Positions 1 to 9,998 of a stretch of 64,000 nt of DNA are shown piece after piece. A program made the translations under genes and the position numbers. Position 1 is the first letter of the stretch, and each line of letters begins with the position of its first letter. The stretch comes from Planctomycetota bacterium (GTDB lineage: Bacteria > Planctomycetota > UBA1135 > UBA2386): contig JAGQRB010000534.1 in NCBI GenBank assembly GCA_020425925.1, forward strand, positions 64 through 64,063, read 5' to 3'. The notes beneath the pieces are model-generated. The model was not told where the DNA came from. It was given only the letters and a program-made list of their open reading frames with translations, and made no database searches.

Positions 1-2132
1 CCCACATCGCGGGCGTCCTCGACGCGGGACGGACCCCGGCAGGGCAACCGTTCTTCGCGATGGAATTCGTCGAGGGGGTGGCGATCACCGAGCACTGCGC
101 ACGCACGCAGCTCGACCTGCCGGCGCGACTCGAGCTGTTCCTGCAGGTCTGTGCCGGCGTGCAGCACGCCCACGGCAAAGGTGTCCTGCACCGCGACCTC
201 AAGCCGTCGAACCTGCTCGTCGAGCAGCGCGACGGCCGGGCGCAGGTCAAGATCATCGACTTCGGACTCGCGCGTGCGATCGACCCCGAACACTTCGCGC
301 TGACGGCGCACACCCTCGCGGGCCAGTTCGTCGGCACGCCGGACTACATGTCACCCGAGCAGGCCGGCGCCGGCGACGACCTCGACGTGCGCAGCGACGT
401 CTACGCGCTCGGTGCCGTTCTGTTCGAGCTCCTGACCGGCCGCACGCCGCTCCAGCTTCGCGAGCTGCGCGCCGACTTCGCGGCGATCCAGCGCCGGATC
501 CGCGAGGTCGATCCGCCGGTGCCATCGCGGTGCACCAGCGGCAAGACGGCGCGCGCGCTGCGCGGCGACCTCGACTGGATCGTCGGCCGCGCCCTCAGCA
601 AGGAGCCCGAACGTCGCTACGGCACGGTCTCCGCACTGGGCGACGACGTTCGTCGCCACCTCGCGAGCGAGCCGATCGCCGCCGGTCCACCGACGACCGC
701 CTACCGCGTTCGCAAGTTCGTGCGGCGGAACCGCGGCCTCGTCACCGCCGCGATCACGCTGCTGCTGACGCTCCTGGTCGGGCTGTTCGGCACCATCGCC
801 TTCGCGACCGAGGCGGCGGCCGAGGCCCGGCGCGCGGACGCCAAGGCCGAGCAGTTCGATCTGCTCGCGAACGTCGCGTTGCTCGACACTCTGCGCGAGG
901 AAGCCGCCGCGACCTATCCGCCTTGGCCCGAGAACGCCGATCGGCTCGCTGCCTGGCAGGACCGCTGCCATCGCCCCCTCACCGCGGCGTTGCCCGCGAT
1001 CCGCGCGACGATCGCGCGACTCGCCGAGGCCGCGGAGCCCGACGCCGGCGAGCGGTTCCTGCTCGCGACGCTGCGCCGCACGCTGCCCGAGATCGAGCGC
1101 GAGCTCGAGCGTCTCACGCCGGCGATGACCGAGCGGCGCGACTGGGCCGCGGTCGTCGAGGCACTCACGATCGATCGCTTTCGCGACCGCTGGGACGCCC
1201 TCGCCGACGAGCTGTCGCCGCAGATCGGCCTCGTGCCGCTCGGCCACAACCCGGTCACCGGACTCCCCGAGTTCTACCATCTGCGCTCGGCGTGGGATCC
1301 GACGGGCGGCATCGCACCCGCCGACGTGCCGATCCCCGAGCTTCGCGCGGACGGCAGCGTCGCGGTGACCGCCGACAGCGGCATCGTGTTCGTGCTCGTT
1401 CCGGGCGGTGCCGCCCGGGTGGGACGGCGCCCCGAAGATCCGGGCAGGGACGAGAACACGCCGCCGACGTCGGTCGAGCTCTCGTCGTTCCTGATCGCGC
1501 GCCACGAACTGACGCAGGGCCAGTGGCGCCGGCTGACCGGCGGTGAACGCCCGAGTCTGTATCGCCAGACCGTCGTCAAGGGCGGTATCGAGTTCGCGAT
1601 CGACGACCGGCACCCGGTCGAGAACATCGACCACCCGACGGTCACGAGCGTGCTCGGTCGCTGCGGCCTCGAGCTGCCGACCGAGGTGCAATGGGAGTTC
1701 GCGGCGCGCGCCGGCACCTCGGAGGGCTGGTTCACGGGCGCCGATCCGAACTCGGTGGCCGGCTACGCCAACGTCGTCGACGCGACCTCGCATCGCCACG
1801 CCCCCAACTTCGTCGGCACGCCGCGATTCGACGACGGCCACACCCTCCACGCGCCGGTCGGGTCGTTCCTGCCGAACCGGTTCGGGCTCTACGACACGAT
1901 CGGCAACGTCCGCGAGTGGACTCGCGATCGGCGCACACCGTGGCGGATGCCGGCACGCGACGGCGACGGGCTGCGCGACGGGCCGCCCGTCGGCGGCGCG
2001 CGCGAATACGTCTACCGCGGTGGCGGTTACACCACCGATGTCGAGGAGTGCCGCGTGTACACGCGGCACTCGGCCGTTCCGACGATACGCTCGCCGGACC
2101 TCGGCCTGCGCGCCGCGCGGCGCGTGTACTGA
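1..2132 (+). CDS. Ser/Thr protein kinase with one TM helix and a C-terminal FGE/SUMF1-type domain; 5' end lies outside the window
   Basis: Frame is open to the window edge (HIAGVLDAGRTPAGQPFFAMEFVEG). Kinase motifs HRDLKPSNLL, DFGLAR, GTPDYMSPEQ. TM helix LVTAAITLLLTLLVGLFGTIAF. FGE-type motifs ELTQGQW, LPTEVQWEFAARAG, GNVREWT, YRGGGY. Stop TGA 2130-2132. Confidence 0.85.
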   Translation, partial: HIAGVLDAGRTPAGQPFFAMEFVEGVAITEHCARTQLDLPARLELFLQVCAGVQHAHGKGVLHRDLKPSNLLVEQRDGRAQVKIIDFGLARAIDPEHFALTAHTLAGQFVGTPDYMSPEQAGAGDDLDVRSDVYALGAVLFELLTGRTPLQLRELRADFAAIQRRIREVDPPVPSRCTSGKTARALRGDLDWIVGRALSKEPERRYGTVSALGDDVRRHLASEPIAAGPPTTAYRVRKFVRRNRGLVTAAITLLLTLLVGLFGTIAFATEAAAEARRADAKAEQFDLLANVALLDTLREEAAATYPPWPENADRLAAWQDRCHRPLTAALPAIRATIARLAEAAEPDAGERFLLATLRRTLPEIERELERLTPAMTERRDWAAVVEALTIDRFRDRWDALADELSPQIGLVPLGHNPVTGLPEFYHLRSAWDPTGGIAPADVPIPELRADGSVAVTADSGIVFVLVPGGAARVGRRPEDPGRDENTPPTSVELSSFLIARHELTQGQWRRLTGGERPSLYRQTVVKGGIEFAIDDRHPVENIDHPTVTSVLGRCGLELPTEVQWEFAARAGTSEGWFTGADPNSVAGYANVVDATSHRHAPNFVGTPRFDDGHTLHAPVGSFLPNRFGLYDTIGNVREWTRDRRTPWRMPARDGDGLRDGPPVGGAREYVYRGGGYTTDVEECRVYTRHSAVPTIRSPDLGLRAARRVY

Positions 2133-3373
2133 TGCCCTTGCGACCCCACCGACGAACCCCGAACCGCCGCACCGACAGCGAAACGCTCGAGTGCGTGCAC
2201 TTCGGCACCTGCGGCGGCTGCTCGCTGCTGGACCAGCCGATCCGCTGGCAGCTCGCCGACAAGGTGGCCGTCTGCGAACGAAAGCTCGCGACCGCGCTCG
2301 GCGATCGGCTCGGCGGGGTGGCGATCGCCCATACCGCGCCCGATCACACGCCGCGCTGGTTCCGCACCCGCCTGCTCTACCCGGTGCGCGCCGGCAAGAA
2401 GGGGCGCCCGATCACGGGGCTCTACGCCTATCGCACCAACGACATCGTGCGAATCGAGGAGTGCCAGACCGCCGATCGCTGGCTCACCGAACTCGGGCGC
2501 GCCGCCGAGGGCTTGATGCGCGAACTCGGCCTGCAGGCATTCGAGCCGAGGAAGGGCACCGGCCACGTCATCGCGTTCCAGGCCCGGCTCGCGAGCGGCA
2601 CCGGCGAGGTGCTCGCCGGGCTCGTCACGCGACCGGGTCCGTTCGAGGCCGGCCGCGCCTTCGCCGACGGGCTGCTGGCGGCCGCGCGCTCGCTGCCTCG
2701 CGGTCGGCAGCCGCGCGAACTCGTCGGTGTCGTGCACGGCATCACCGAACGCGAGGACGGCTTCCTGCTCGCCGACCGCCACGTGCCGCTGCGTGGCCGC
2801 GACCACGTCGTCGACCGACGCGACGGACTCGAGTTCAGGATCAGCGCCGGCAGCTTCTACCAGATCCATGCCGGTGCCTCGGCGCTGCTCTACCGCGAGG
2901 CGCTGGCGCTGCTCGGCGACGTCACCGGGCAGCGGGTCGTCGACGGCTACGGCGGCGTCGGCGCGTTCGGACTGCGCCTGCTGCGCGCCGGCGCCGCGAG
3001 TGTCACGATCGTCGAGGACAACGCCGCGGCGTGTCGCGACGCCGAGCACAACGCGCGCGCCAACGGCCTCGACGCCACGGTCGTGCGCGCGCCGTTCGCG
3101 ACCGCCGGGTTCGAGGTCGAGCCCGACCTGCTGGTCGTCGACCCGCCGCGCTCGGGCCTCGGCGACACCGGGGTCGCGCGCGTGCTGACGGCTCGGCCGC
3201 GGCGGCTGCTGCACGTCGCGTGTGACGTCGATGCGCTGGCGCGCGACCTCGACGCACTCACCGCGAACGGCTACCGCGTCCGGGCGTTGCGCCTGTGTGA
3301 TCTGTTCCCACACACCGAACACATCGAGCTCGCCGCGCTGCTCGAACGCGATCCCGGCGCCGCCCGGGACTGA
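2132..3373 (+). CDS. SAM-dependent RNA (uracil-5)-methyltransferase, RumA/RumB/TrmA family (no TRAM domain)
   Basis: ATG 2132 shares one base with the upstream stop (TGATG). Fe-S cysteine motif ECVHFGTCGGCSLLDQP. MTase motifs VVDGYGGVGAFG, VVDPPRSGLG, HVACDVDALARDL, CDLFPHTEHIE. The ORF-track start at 1691 is an upstream extension. Confidence 0.85.
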   Translation: MPLRPHRRTPNRRTDSETLECVHFGTCGGCSLLDQPIRWQLADKVAVCERKLATALGDRLGGVAIAHTAPDHTPRWFRTRLLYPVRAGKKGRPITGLYAYRTNDIVRIEECQTADRWLTELGRAAEGLMRELGLQAFEPRKGTGHVIAFQARLASGTGEVLAGLVTRPGPFEAGRAFADGLLAAARSLPRGRQPRELVGVVHGITEREDGFLLADRHVPLRGRDHVVDRRDGLEFRISAGSFYQIHAGASALLYREALALLGDVTGQRVVDGYGGVGAFGLRLLRAGAASVTIVEDNAAACRDAEHNARANGLDATVVRAPFATAGFEVEPDLLVVDPPRSGLGDTGVARVLTARPRRLLHVACDVDALARDLDALTANGYRVRALRLCDLFPHTEHIELAALLERDPGAARD

Positions 3374-3448
3374 TCTGCCGGAGCGGGCTCTCAGGCCGCG
3401 GCGCCCCGACGTAGAGTCCGGCCCCCTTTCCCGGAAAGCGACCCCGAA

Positions 3449-5539
3449 ATGACCGTCAGGCGCACGCTCGCAGCCAGATCCCTCGCAGCAGTCCTCCTCA
3501 CCCTCCCGCTGGCCGCCCAGGCCAGCCACGACCCGCTCGCGATGGGCAAGATGTGGACGTTCGAGAATCCACCGCTCGCCTACCTCGAGCAGGAGTACGG
3601 CTTCAAGCCGGACCAGCGGTGGCTCGACTCGCTGCGACTCGGGGCGCTGCGCCTCGGCGAGCGCGAGAACCCGTGGTGCTCGGCGTCGTTCGTGTCGCCG
3701 CGCGGTCTGATCATGACCAACCACCACTGCGTGCGCGACGAGGTCGCGAAGATCCAGGGCCAGAACGACTGGGTCGAGGACGGCTACGCCGCGACGGCGC
3801 TCGCCGACGAAGTGCCGATCCCCGGCCTGACGGTTCAGCAGCTGGTCGCGCAGGAAGACGTCACCGACCGCGTCGACGCCGATCTGCCGGCCGACGGCGA
3901 CGACGTCGCGATCGAGAAGAAGCGCGCGGCGAACATCGAAGCGATCGAGGCCGCTGCCGATGCGCAGCACCCCGGTTTCATGCACCAGGTCGTCGCGCTC
4001 TACCAGGGCGCGGTCTACGAGCTCTACCGCTACCGGGTCTTCGATGACCTGCGTCTCGTGCTCGCGGTCAACCTGCAGTGCGCGCACTTCGGCGGCGACC
4101 CGGACAACTTCACCTATCCGCGCTGGAGCATCGACTTCTCGTTCGTGCGCGCCTACGAGAACGGCGAGCCCGCCGACACCAGCGCGAACTACTTCCGTTG
4201 GCGCGCCGAGGGTGCGCAGGACGGCGAGCTCGTGTTCGTGCCCGGCAACCCCGGCCAGACGAACCGTCTGCTGACCCGTGCGCAGCTCGAGGTCCAGCGC
4301 GATATCGAGTACCCGATCATCCTCGGCCAGCTCCACAACGGCATGGCGATCCTGCGGCCGTACGCGGATCGCGCCGCCGGCCTGCTGACGACGCTGCTGA
4401 GCTGGGAGAACAGCCACAAGGCGATCCAGGGCATGCTCGACGGCCTGCAGGACGAGCGGCTGATGGCGAAGAAGCGGGCGCACGAGGAGCACTTCCGCGC
4501 CGCGGTCGCCGGCAACCCGGACTGGCAGGCGAAGTACGGCGAGGCCTGGACGAAGCTCGCCGAGCTCTCGGACCGCCGCCGCGCGGTCTACCCGAAGGTG
4601 CACTTCTACTCGCCGAGCTACTCGACCGTGATCGAGCGTGCCGTCGCGATCGCCAAGGCACTCGACGAATCGCTGCCACCGGCCGAACGCGATCGGGCGC
4701 GCACCGACGCACTCGGCATGGCGATCGGCGGCAACGTGCTCACGCGCGCGATGCTGATCGACCATTTCGAGCGCGCCGAGCGATGGCTCGGCCGGCGCGA
4801 CCCGTTCGTCGACGTCGTCGCGAGCGCGCCGATGACCGACGGACCGCTGTCGTGGCCGGACTCGATCGACTTCGTCGAGCGCAGCGAGCTGCGCAGCGAC
4901 CGTTTCGTGCAGCGCCTGCTGGACGCCGAGGACGCCGCCGCGCAGTTCGCCGCCAGCGAAGACGCCGGGATCCGCGCCGGCCGCGTGCTTTGGCCGCTGA
5001 TGCGCGATGCCGACCGCGAGCAGGAAGCGGTCGAGAGCGCGATCGCGGTCCAGGGCACGCTGCTCGGGCAGGCGCTGCATGCGGTCTACGGCGCCGGCAC
5101 CAGCCCCGATGCGACGATGACGTTGCGGTTCTCGGACGGCCGCGTGCAGGGCTACGACTACAACGGCACGAAGGCGCCGTGGTCGACGACGCTCTACGGC
5201 CTCTACGGTCGTTCCGAGGCGTTCGGCCACGTGCACCCGTTCGACCTCGCCGAGCCCTGGGTCGCGGCCGAACCGCGCCTCGACCTGAGCAAGCGCGTCT
5301 GCTTCGCGAGCACGAACGACATCGTCGGCGGCAACTCCGGCTCCTGCGTCGTCGACCGCGACCTGCAGGTGGTCGGGCTGATCTTCGACGGCAACATCGA
5401 GTCGCTCGCGAACGACTTCTACTACACCCAGGAGGTCGCGCGCGCCGTCAGCGTGCACACCGACGCGATCGTGACGGCGCTCGAGCGGGTCTACGGTATG
5501 CAGCGGATCGCCGACGAGCTGCGCGCCGGCAGCCGCTGA
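3449..5539 (+). CDS. Peptidase S46 family (dipeptidyl-peptidase 7/11-like), secreted
   Basis: Signal peptide MTVRRTLAARSLAAVLLTLPLAAQA. Family-typical SFVSPRGLIMTNHHC (His) and IVGGNSGSCVVD...VVGLIFDGNIESL (Ser). Length of about 700 aa fits S46. Confidence 0.85.
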   Translation: MTVRRTLAARSLAAVLLTLPLAAQASHDPLAMGKMWTFENPPLAYLEQEYGFKPDQRWLDSLRLGALRLGERENPWCSASFVSPRGLIMTNHHCVRDEVAKIQGQNDWVEDGYAATALADEVPIPGLTVQQLVAQEDVTDRVDADLPADGDDVAIEKKRAANIEAIEAAADAQHPGFMHQVVALYQGAVYELYRYRVFDDLRLVLAVNLQCAHFGGDPDNFTYPRWSIDFSFVRAYENGEPADTSANYFRWRAEGAQDGELVFVPGNPGQTNRLLTRAQLEVQRDIEYPIILGQLHNGMAILRPYADRAAGLLTTLLSWENSHKAIQGMLDGLQDERLMAKKRAHEEHFRAAVAGNPDWQAKYGEAWTKLAELSDRRRAVYPKVHFYSPSYSTVIERAVAIAKALDESLPPAERDRARTDALGMAIGGNVLTRAMLIDHFERAERWLGRRDPFVDVVASAPMTDGPLSWPDSIDFVERSELRSDRFVQRLLDAEDAAAQFAASEDAGIRAGRVLWPLMRDADREQEAVESAIAVQGTLLGQALHAVYGAGTSPDATMTLRFSDGRVQGYDYNGTKAPWSTTLYGLYGRSEAFGHVHPFDLAEPWVAAEPRLDLSKRVCFASTNDIVGGNSGSCVVDRDLQVVGLIFDGNIESLANDFYYTQEVARAVSVHTDAIVTALERVYGMQRIADELRAGSR

Positions 5540-5674
5540 GTCCGCGGCGCCGCCCGGCCGCGGTTGCCCCCGTGGCATCGGGCTTGCGGTCCGGTGCGCC
5601 GAACCGACCGTGGTGCGAAGCGCTGCCGCCCTTCCCATGGGGCTATCCTTCGGTACCCTGCTCGGCCGATTCCA

Positions 5675-7993
5675 ATGCGCCTACCGAACCTCCACCTGAC
5701 GATCTGGACCGCCGCGGCCGCCGTGGTCGCGGCCGTCAACGCCCCGTTCTTCGCCCCGCCGACCGACATCCAGATGCCGGGCACGCAGACTCTGATGGCG
5801 ACGTTGCAGGGCCCGGCGCCGAGCTGTCTCGGCTGTCACGGCAACTACGACCCGGCGGTCGAACCCGGCGACAACTGGGGCGGCAGCATGATGGCCCACG
5901 CCTCGCGCGATCCGGTGTTCTACGCCGCGCTCGCGATCGCCGAAGGCGACTTCGCCGGCGCCGGCGACTTCTGCCTGCGATGCCACGCCCAGCGCGCCTG
6001 GCACGAGGGTCGGGCCTCGTCGACCGACGGCTCGCTGCTGAGCTCGGCGAGCGACGCCGACGGCGTCGAGTGCGCGATCTGCCACAACATGGTCGACCAG
6101 AACACGCAGGAGCATGCCGGCATCCAGCCCGCGCCGTTCGAGGCCCACAACGGCGCGTCGCCGCCCGAGGGCTACTACGGCAGCGGCATGGTCGTGCTCG
6201 CGGGAGACCAGATCCGGCACGGTCCGTACGCATCGACGACCGCGCCGCACGGCTTCATCGGCTCGAACTACGTCCGCTCGTCGAAGCTCTGCGGCACGTG
6301 CCACGACGTCAGCAACCCCCTGGTCGGCGATCTCGCGGCCGGCAACGGCGCGCAGACCCCGCTCGCCGCCGGCACCTACAGCGGCGTCTACAACACCCCG
6401 ATCACCGGCAAGGCCGCATTCAACAACTTCCCGTTCCAGTACGGCATCGTCGAGCGCACGTTCAGCGAGCACGAGGCCAGCGCCTTCGCGACGCTGCCGG
6501 TACGCAACTACGCCTCGCTGCCGGCGGCGCTGAAGCGCGGCGCGATCGCGCGCGCCTACCAGCAGGCGCTGCTCGCCGGTCAGAACGGCGACTACGCCGA
6601 CGGCACCACGCGTTTGTTCAGCTGCCAGTCGTGCCACATGGAGCCGGTGGTCGGCGCCGGCGCGGCGTTCGGCGCCGGCCCGGTGCGCTACGACCTGCCG
6701 CGCCACGATCTCACCGGCGGCAACACCTGGGTGCCAGAGGCGATGAAGTGGCTCGACGGTCAGAACCGGCTGCTGTTCGGCGGCGGCATCCCGGCAGCGC
6801 AAGTGACCGCGATCGACCGCGCGACGGCGCGGGCGCGCGCCAGCCTGCAGCGCGCGGCGGCGCTCGACATCGCCGGCACATCGGTGCGGGTCACCAACCT
6901 CACCGGTCACAAGCTGATCAGCGGCTATCCCGAGGGCCGCCGGATGTGGCTGCGCGTCCGCTGGCAGAACGAGCAGGGCCAGCTGCTGCGCGAGGACGGC
7001 TCCTACGGCAGCTTCCAGGCCAACGTCAACGGCCAGAACTACACGGTGCACTCGATCACCGATCCGAACGCGCACGTCTACGAGGCCAAGCTCGGCATCT
7101 CGCAGGACTGGGCGCAGAAGCTGCTGACGCTCGGCGTCGCGCCGACCACGCCGCTCGCGTTCGACCGGGTAACCGGCGCGGTGCAGAAGACCCTGATCCA
7201 GCTCGCCGCCGATCCGGTCGGCACGGTGTACGAGACGTTCCACTTCATCCTCAACAACCGGTTGATGGCGGACAATCGCATCCCGCCCTACGGCTTCGCC
7301 CGCGCCGAGGCGCAGCGCCGCAACGCACTGCCGGTGCCGGCCAGCCAGTTCGGCAACCCGGGACCGAACGGCACCTACGACTACTTCGACGACGTCCAGC
7401 TCGCGCCGCCGGCCGGCGCGACCCGCGCCGAGATCGAGCTGCTCTACCAGACCGCGAGCTGGGAGTACGTGCAGTTCCTCCGACTGGCGAATCCGGGCAC
7501 CAACACCTACCTCGCCAACGCCGGCGTCGACGTCTTCGACGCCTGGCGCAACACCGGCCAATCGCCGCCCGAGCGCATGGCGCTGGCGCGCTGGTGCGAC
7601 CTGCCCGGCACCGGCGAGGACATCGAGCTGAAGTCGCGCGTCAACGCCGGACCGGCCGACACGACCTGCGGCAAGCGGCTCGCGAGCGGCGACACCGTCA
7701 CGTTCGAGGTGACCTCGCCGAACAACACGTTCGCGGCGAACCTCGGCGGCCTGGTGTTCCAGGTCCACAATGCCTCGGCGCCGCCCACGCCGCTGATCAG
7801 CGGGGTCTGGCTCGACCGCGTCGACGCCCAGGTGCTGCTCGTCGGCGCGACCTCGACGCCGACGCCGAGCAGCATCACGATCCCGTCGTGGTTCACCGGC
7901 ATGATGATCCGCGCCCAGGCCGTGATGCTGGCGCCGACCGCCGCCAACGGTCTCTACGCCGCGAGCGACGCGCTCGACGTCTGGGTCGAGTGA
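5675..7993 (+). CDS. Secreted multihaem c-type cytochrome-like protein (five CXXCH) with a C-terminal shared module
   Basis: ATG 5675 gives the signal peptide MRLPNLHLTIWTAAAAVVAAVNA. CXXCH sites: CLGCH, CLRCH, CAICH, CGTCH, CQSCH. The last ~109 aa (7664-7990) resemble the C-termini of four other proteins in this window. Confidence 0.7.
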   Translation: MRLPNLHLTIWTAAAAVVAAVNAPFFAPPTDIQMPGTQTLMATLQGPAPSCLGCHGNYDPAVEPGDNWGGSMMAHASRDPVFYAALAIAEGDFAGAGDFCLRCHAQRAWHEGRASSTDGSLLSSASDADGVECAICHNMVDQNTQEHAGIQPAPFEAHNGASPPEGYYGSGMVVLAGDQIRHGPYASTTAPHGFIGSNYVRSSKLCGTCHDVSNPLVGDLAAGNGAQTPLAAGTYSGVYNTPITGKAAFNNFPFQYGIVERTFSEHEASAFATLPVRNYASLPAALKRGAIARAYQQALLAGQNGDYADGTTRLFSCQSCHMEPVVGAGAAFGAGPVRYDLPRHDLTGGNTWVPEAMKWLDGQNRLLFGGGIPAAQVTAIDRATARARASLQRAAALDIAGTSVRVTNLTGHKLISGYPEGRRMWLRVRWQNEQGQLLREDGSYGSFQANVNGQNYTVHSITDPNAHVYEAKLGISQDWAQKLLTLGVAPTTPLAFDRVTGAVQKTLIQLAADPVGTVYETFHFILNNRLMADNRIPPYGFARAEAQRRNALPVPASQFGNPGPNGTYDYFDDVQLAPPAGATRAEIELLYQTASWEYVQFLRLANPGTNTYLANAGVDVFDAWRNTGQSPPERMALARWCDLPGTGEDIELKSRVNAGPADTTCGKRLASGDTVTFEVTSPNNTFAANLGGLVFQVHNASAPPTPLISGVWLDRVDAQVLLVGATSTPTPSSITIPSWFTGMMIRAQAVMLAPTAANGLYAASDALDVWVE

Positions 7994-8009
7994 CCGCCGG
8001 CGGGCGCGC

Positions 8010-9923
8010 TCAGAGGATATCGAGCACGCCGGTGATGCCGTTGGTCAACGTGTCCACGGCCGACATGTAGTTGCAGTCGACGGTCAGCGGCGTGTTGAAC
8101 GGCAGCTCTTCCTTGTCGCCGATGCCGCCGAGCGCCGCGGCGACGAAACCGCGCGCGATCTTGGTGAGATCCTTGTCGGTGAGCATCGTGAGCAGCGGCT
8201 CGATCGAGCGCCGGTCGCCGATGCGGCCCAGCGCGATCGCGAGCGCCGACAGCACCGCGACGCTGTCGTTCTGCTGCATCATCTCGATCAGCGCGGTCGA
8301 GGCCGCGCGATCGCCGAGCTGACCGAGCGCGACTGCGCACTTCTGCAACAGGAACGGCCGCCGCAGGCTGCGCTGCAGGATCTGCGTCAGGTTCGAGCTC
8401 GCCGAGCGATCGCCGAGCAGCGCGAGCGCGATGCAGAGATGACCGGCCGGGATCTCGTCGCTCTCGTTGTCGCGGAGCTGGCGCAGGACCGACGGCACCG
8501 CGGTGGTGTAGCCGGTGAGGCCGATCCCGATCGCGAGCGCGCCGCGCAACGAGTCGTCGCTCGCACGCGGCAGGTCCTCGAGCAACATGCGCGCGACGGT
8601 CTCGTCGGGGTGGCCGTCGCAGCCCGCCTTGAACGACACCACGCCGAGCGCGAGCGCCGCCCACGGGCGCTCCATGTTCTTGTTGCCGCGGACGTAGGCC
8701 TGGACCAGGGCCTCGCGACTGGCGGCGCCGCCGATCCGGCCGAGCGACATCAGTGACAGGAAACGCGCGCCCTGATCGCGGCCCTTCTCGTAGGTGCGCT
8801 GCAGCGCGCGCGCGATCCGCGCGTCGTCGGCGAACTCCTCCGCCGGCAGGCCGAGCTGGCCGAGCGCGATGGCGCACGACCGCAGCACCGGGTGGCTGCG
8901 CGGATCCTTGGCGTCGAGCTCGTCGGCGAACGCTGCCTTGCACTTCTGGTGCAGGTCGCTCGTGCCGCGGCCGAGCAGACGCGCGACCGCGATCGGCACG
9001 TGCGCCTGCACCGCCTCGAAGCCGCGGCCGCGGTCGGCCGCGAAGTAGTCCATCAGCGCGTCGATTGCCTGCCACGCGAGCATCTTGTCGGCACCGCGAT
9101 CATCGAGCCGCAGGATGCCGAGCGCCGAGATCAGCGCGACACTGAGGTCGCGGTCGTCGTTCTTGGGGTCGGCGAGCGGCGCCCACAGCTCGTCGTAGAC
9201 CTTGCGCTTCATTGCCGTCTCGGCGGAGCGCGCCGCGAGCAACCCGAGACCGTAGGCCGCGAACGCGCGGGTGCGGTCGCGGACCTCACCGCGTTCGACG
9301 AGCTTGCGTCCCTCGGCGTCGTCGCGCAGCAGCGCAGCGAGGATCGGGTACGCCTTCTCGCGACCGGCGATGCCTAGTGCGAGCACCGCGGTCTCTCGGA
9401 CCTCCTGGTCGTCGCGCGGCACGTGCACCTGCAGCACCTGCTCGAGCTCGACGCCGGGTCCATCGCGCCCGATCTTGCCGAGCGCGATCAGACACGAGGT
9501 GACGATGTCGCGGTTGTGCTCCTTGCCGAGCGTCGCCGCCAATGCGGGCACGATGCGCTCGATGAGGTCGGCTTCGGTCGGTGCGAGCGTGTCGACGCGT
9601 TCCTCCGGTCGGCGCACGCCGAGATAGAAGTCGTCGGAACCGGTGATCGGCAGCTCCTCCTCGACCTGTCGCCGCAGCAGGAACGGCCGCTTGTTGAACT
9701 CCCACCAGAAGCGCCAGTCGAGCGCTTCCGAGAAACCGCGATACGCGGTGAGCGGGGTCGCGACGGGCTTCGGCGCCGACGGTCCACCCGGCGGCGAGCC
9801 ACCGCTCGGCGGCAGGCTCGGCGGCAGGATCGGGGTCGACGGCGTGTATTGGCCGCCGTGCGCGAACAGGAGACCGGCCGTGGCGACGGCGGCGAGAATC
9901 CCCAGAGAGGCGCGGAGAATCAT
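8010..9923 (-). CDS. Secreted HEAT / PBS-lyase-like repeat protein
   Basis: ATG 9923. Signal peptide MILRASLGILAAVATAGLLFA followed by a Pro-rich linker. Recurring HEAT-like units ALGKIGRD, LALGIAGRE, IALGQLGLP, MSLGRIGG, LALLGDRS, VALGQLGDRA, IALGRIGDRR, AALGGIGDKE. Confidence 0.7.
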   Translation of the reverse strand: MILRASLGILAAVATAGLLFAHGGQYTPSTPILPPSLPPSGGSPPGGPSAPKPVATPLTAYRGFSEALDWRFWWEFNKRPFLLRRQVEEELPITGSDDFYLGVRRPEERVDTLAPTEADLIERIVPALAATLGKEHNRDIVTSCLIALGKIGRDGPGVELEQVLQVHVPRDDQEVRETAVLALGIAGREKAYPILAALLRDDAEGRKLVERGEVRDRTRAFAAYGLGLLAARSAETAMKRKVYDELWAPLADPKNDDRDLSVALISALGILRLDDRGADKMLAWQAIDALMDYFAADRGRGFEAVQAHVPIAVARLLGRGTSDLHQKCKAAFADELDAKDPRSHPVLRSCAIALGQLGLPAEEFADDARIARALQRTYEKGRDQGARFLSLMSLGRIGGAASREALVQAYVRGNKNMERPWAALALGVVSFKAGCDGHPDETVARMLLEDLPRASDDSLRGALAIGIGLTGYTTAVPSVLRQLRDNESDEIPAGHLCIALALLGDRSASSNLTQILQRSLRRPFLLQKCAVALGQLGDRAASTALIEMMQQNDSVAVLSALAIALGRIGDRRSIEPLLTMLTDKDLTKIARGFVAAALGGIGDKEELPFNTPLTVDCNYMSAVDTLTNGITGVLDIL

Positions 9924-9998
9924 AGCGAAGGCAATCTAGTCGCTGCGCGGCGAGAGGGTAACCACCCCTTTGCCGGCGTCGTGGCGCCGGATTTGCAC

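Noticed and set aside
2027-5638. Very long ORFs antisense to, or out of frame with, recognisable genes (for example 2027-5638 -, 4078-8070 +, 9286-13179 -, 9423-13316 +, 38374-40923 -, 42381-46553 +, 13225-15297 -)
   Set aside because: Their translations are Arg/Ala/Gly/Pro-rich low-complexity text with no motifs. They overlap genes with clear family signatures. Stop-free shadow frames of this kind are expected in DNA this GC-rich.
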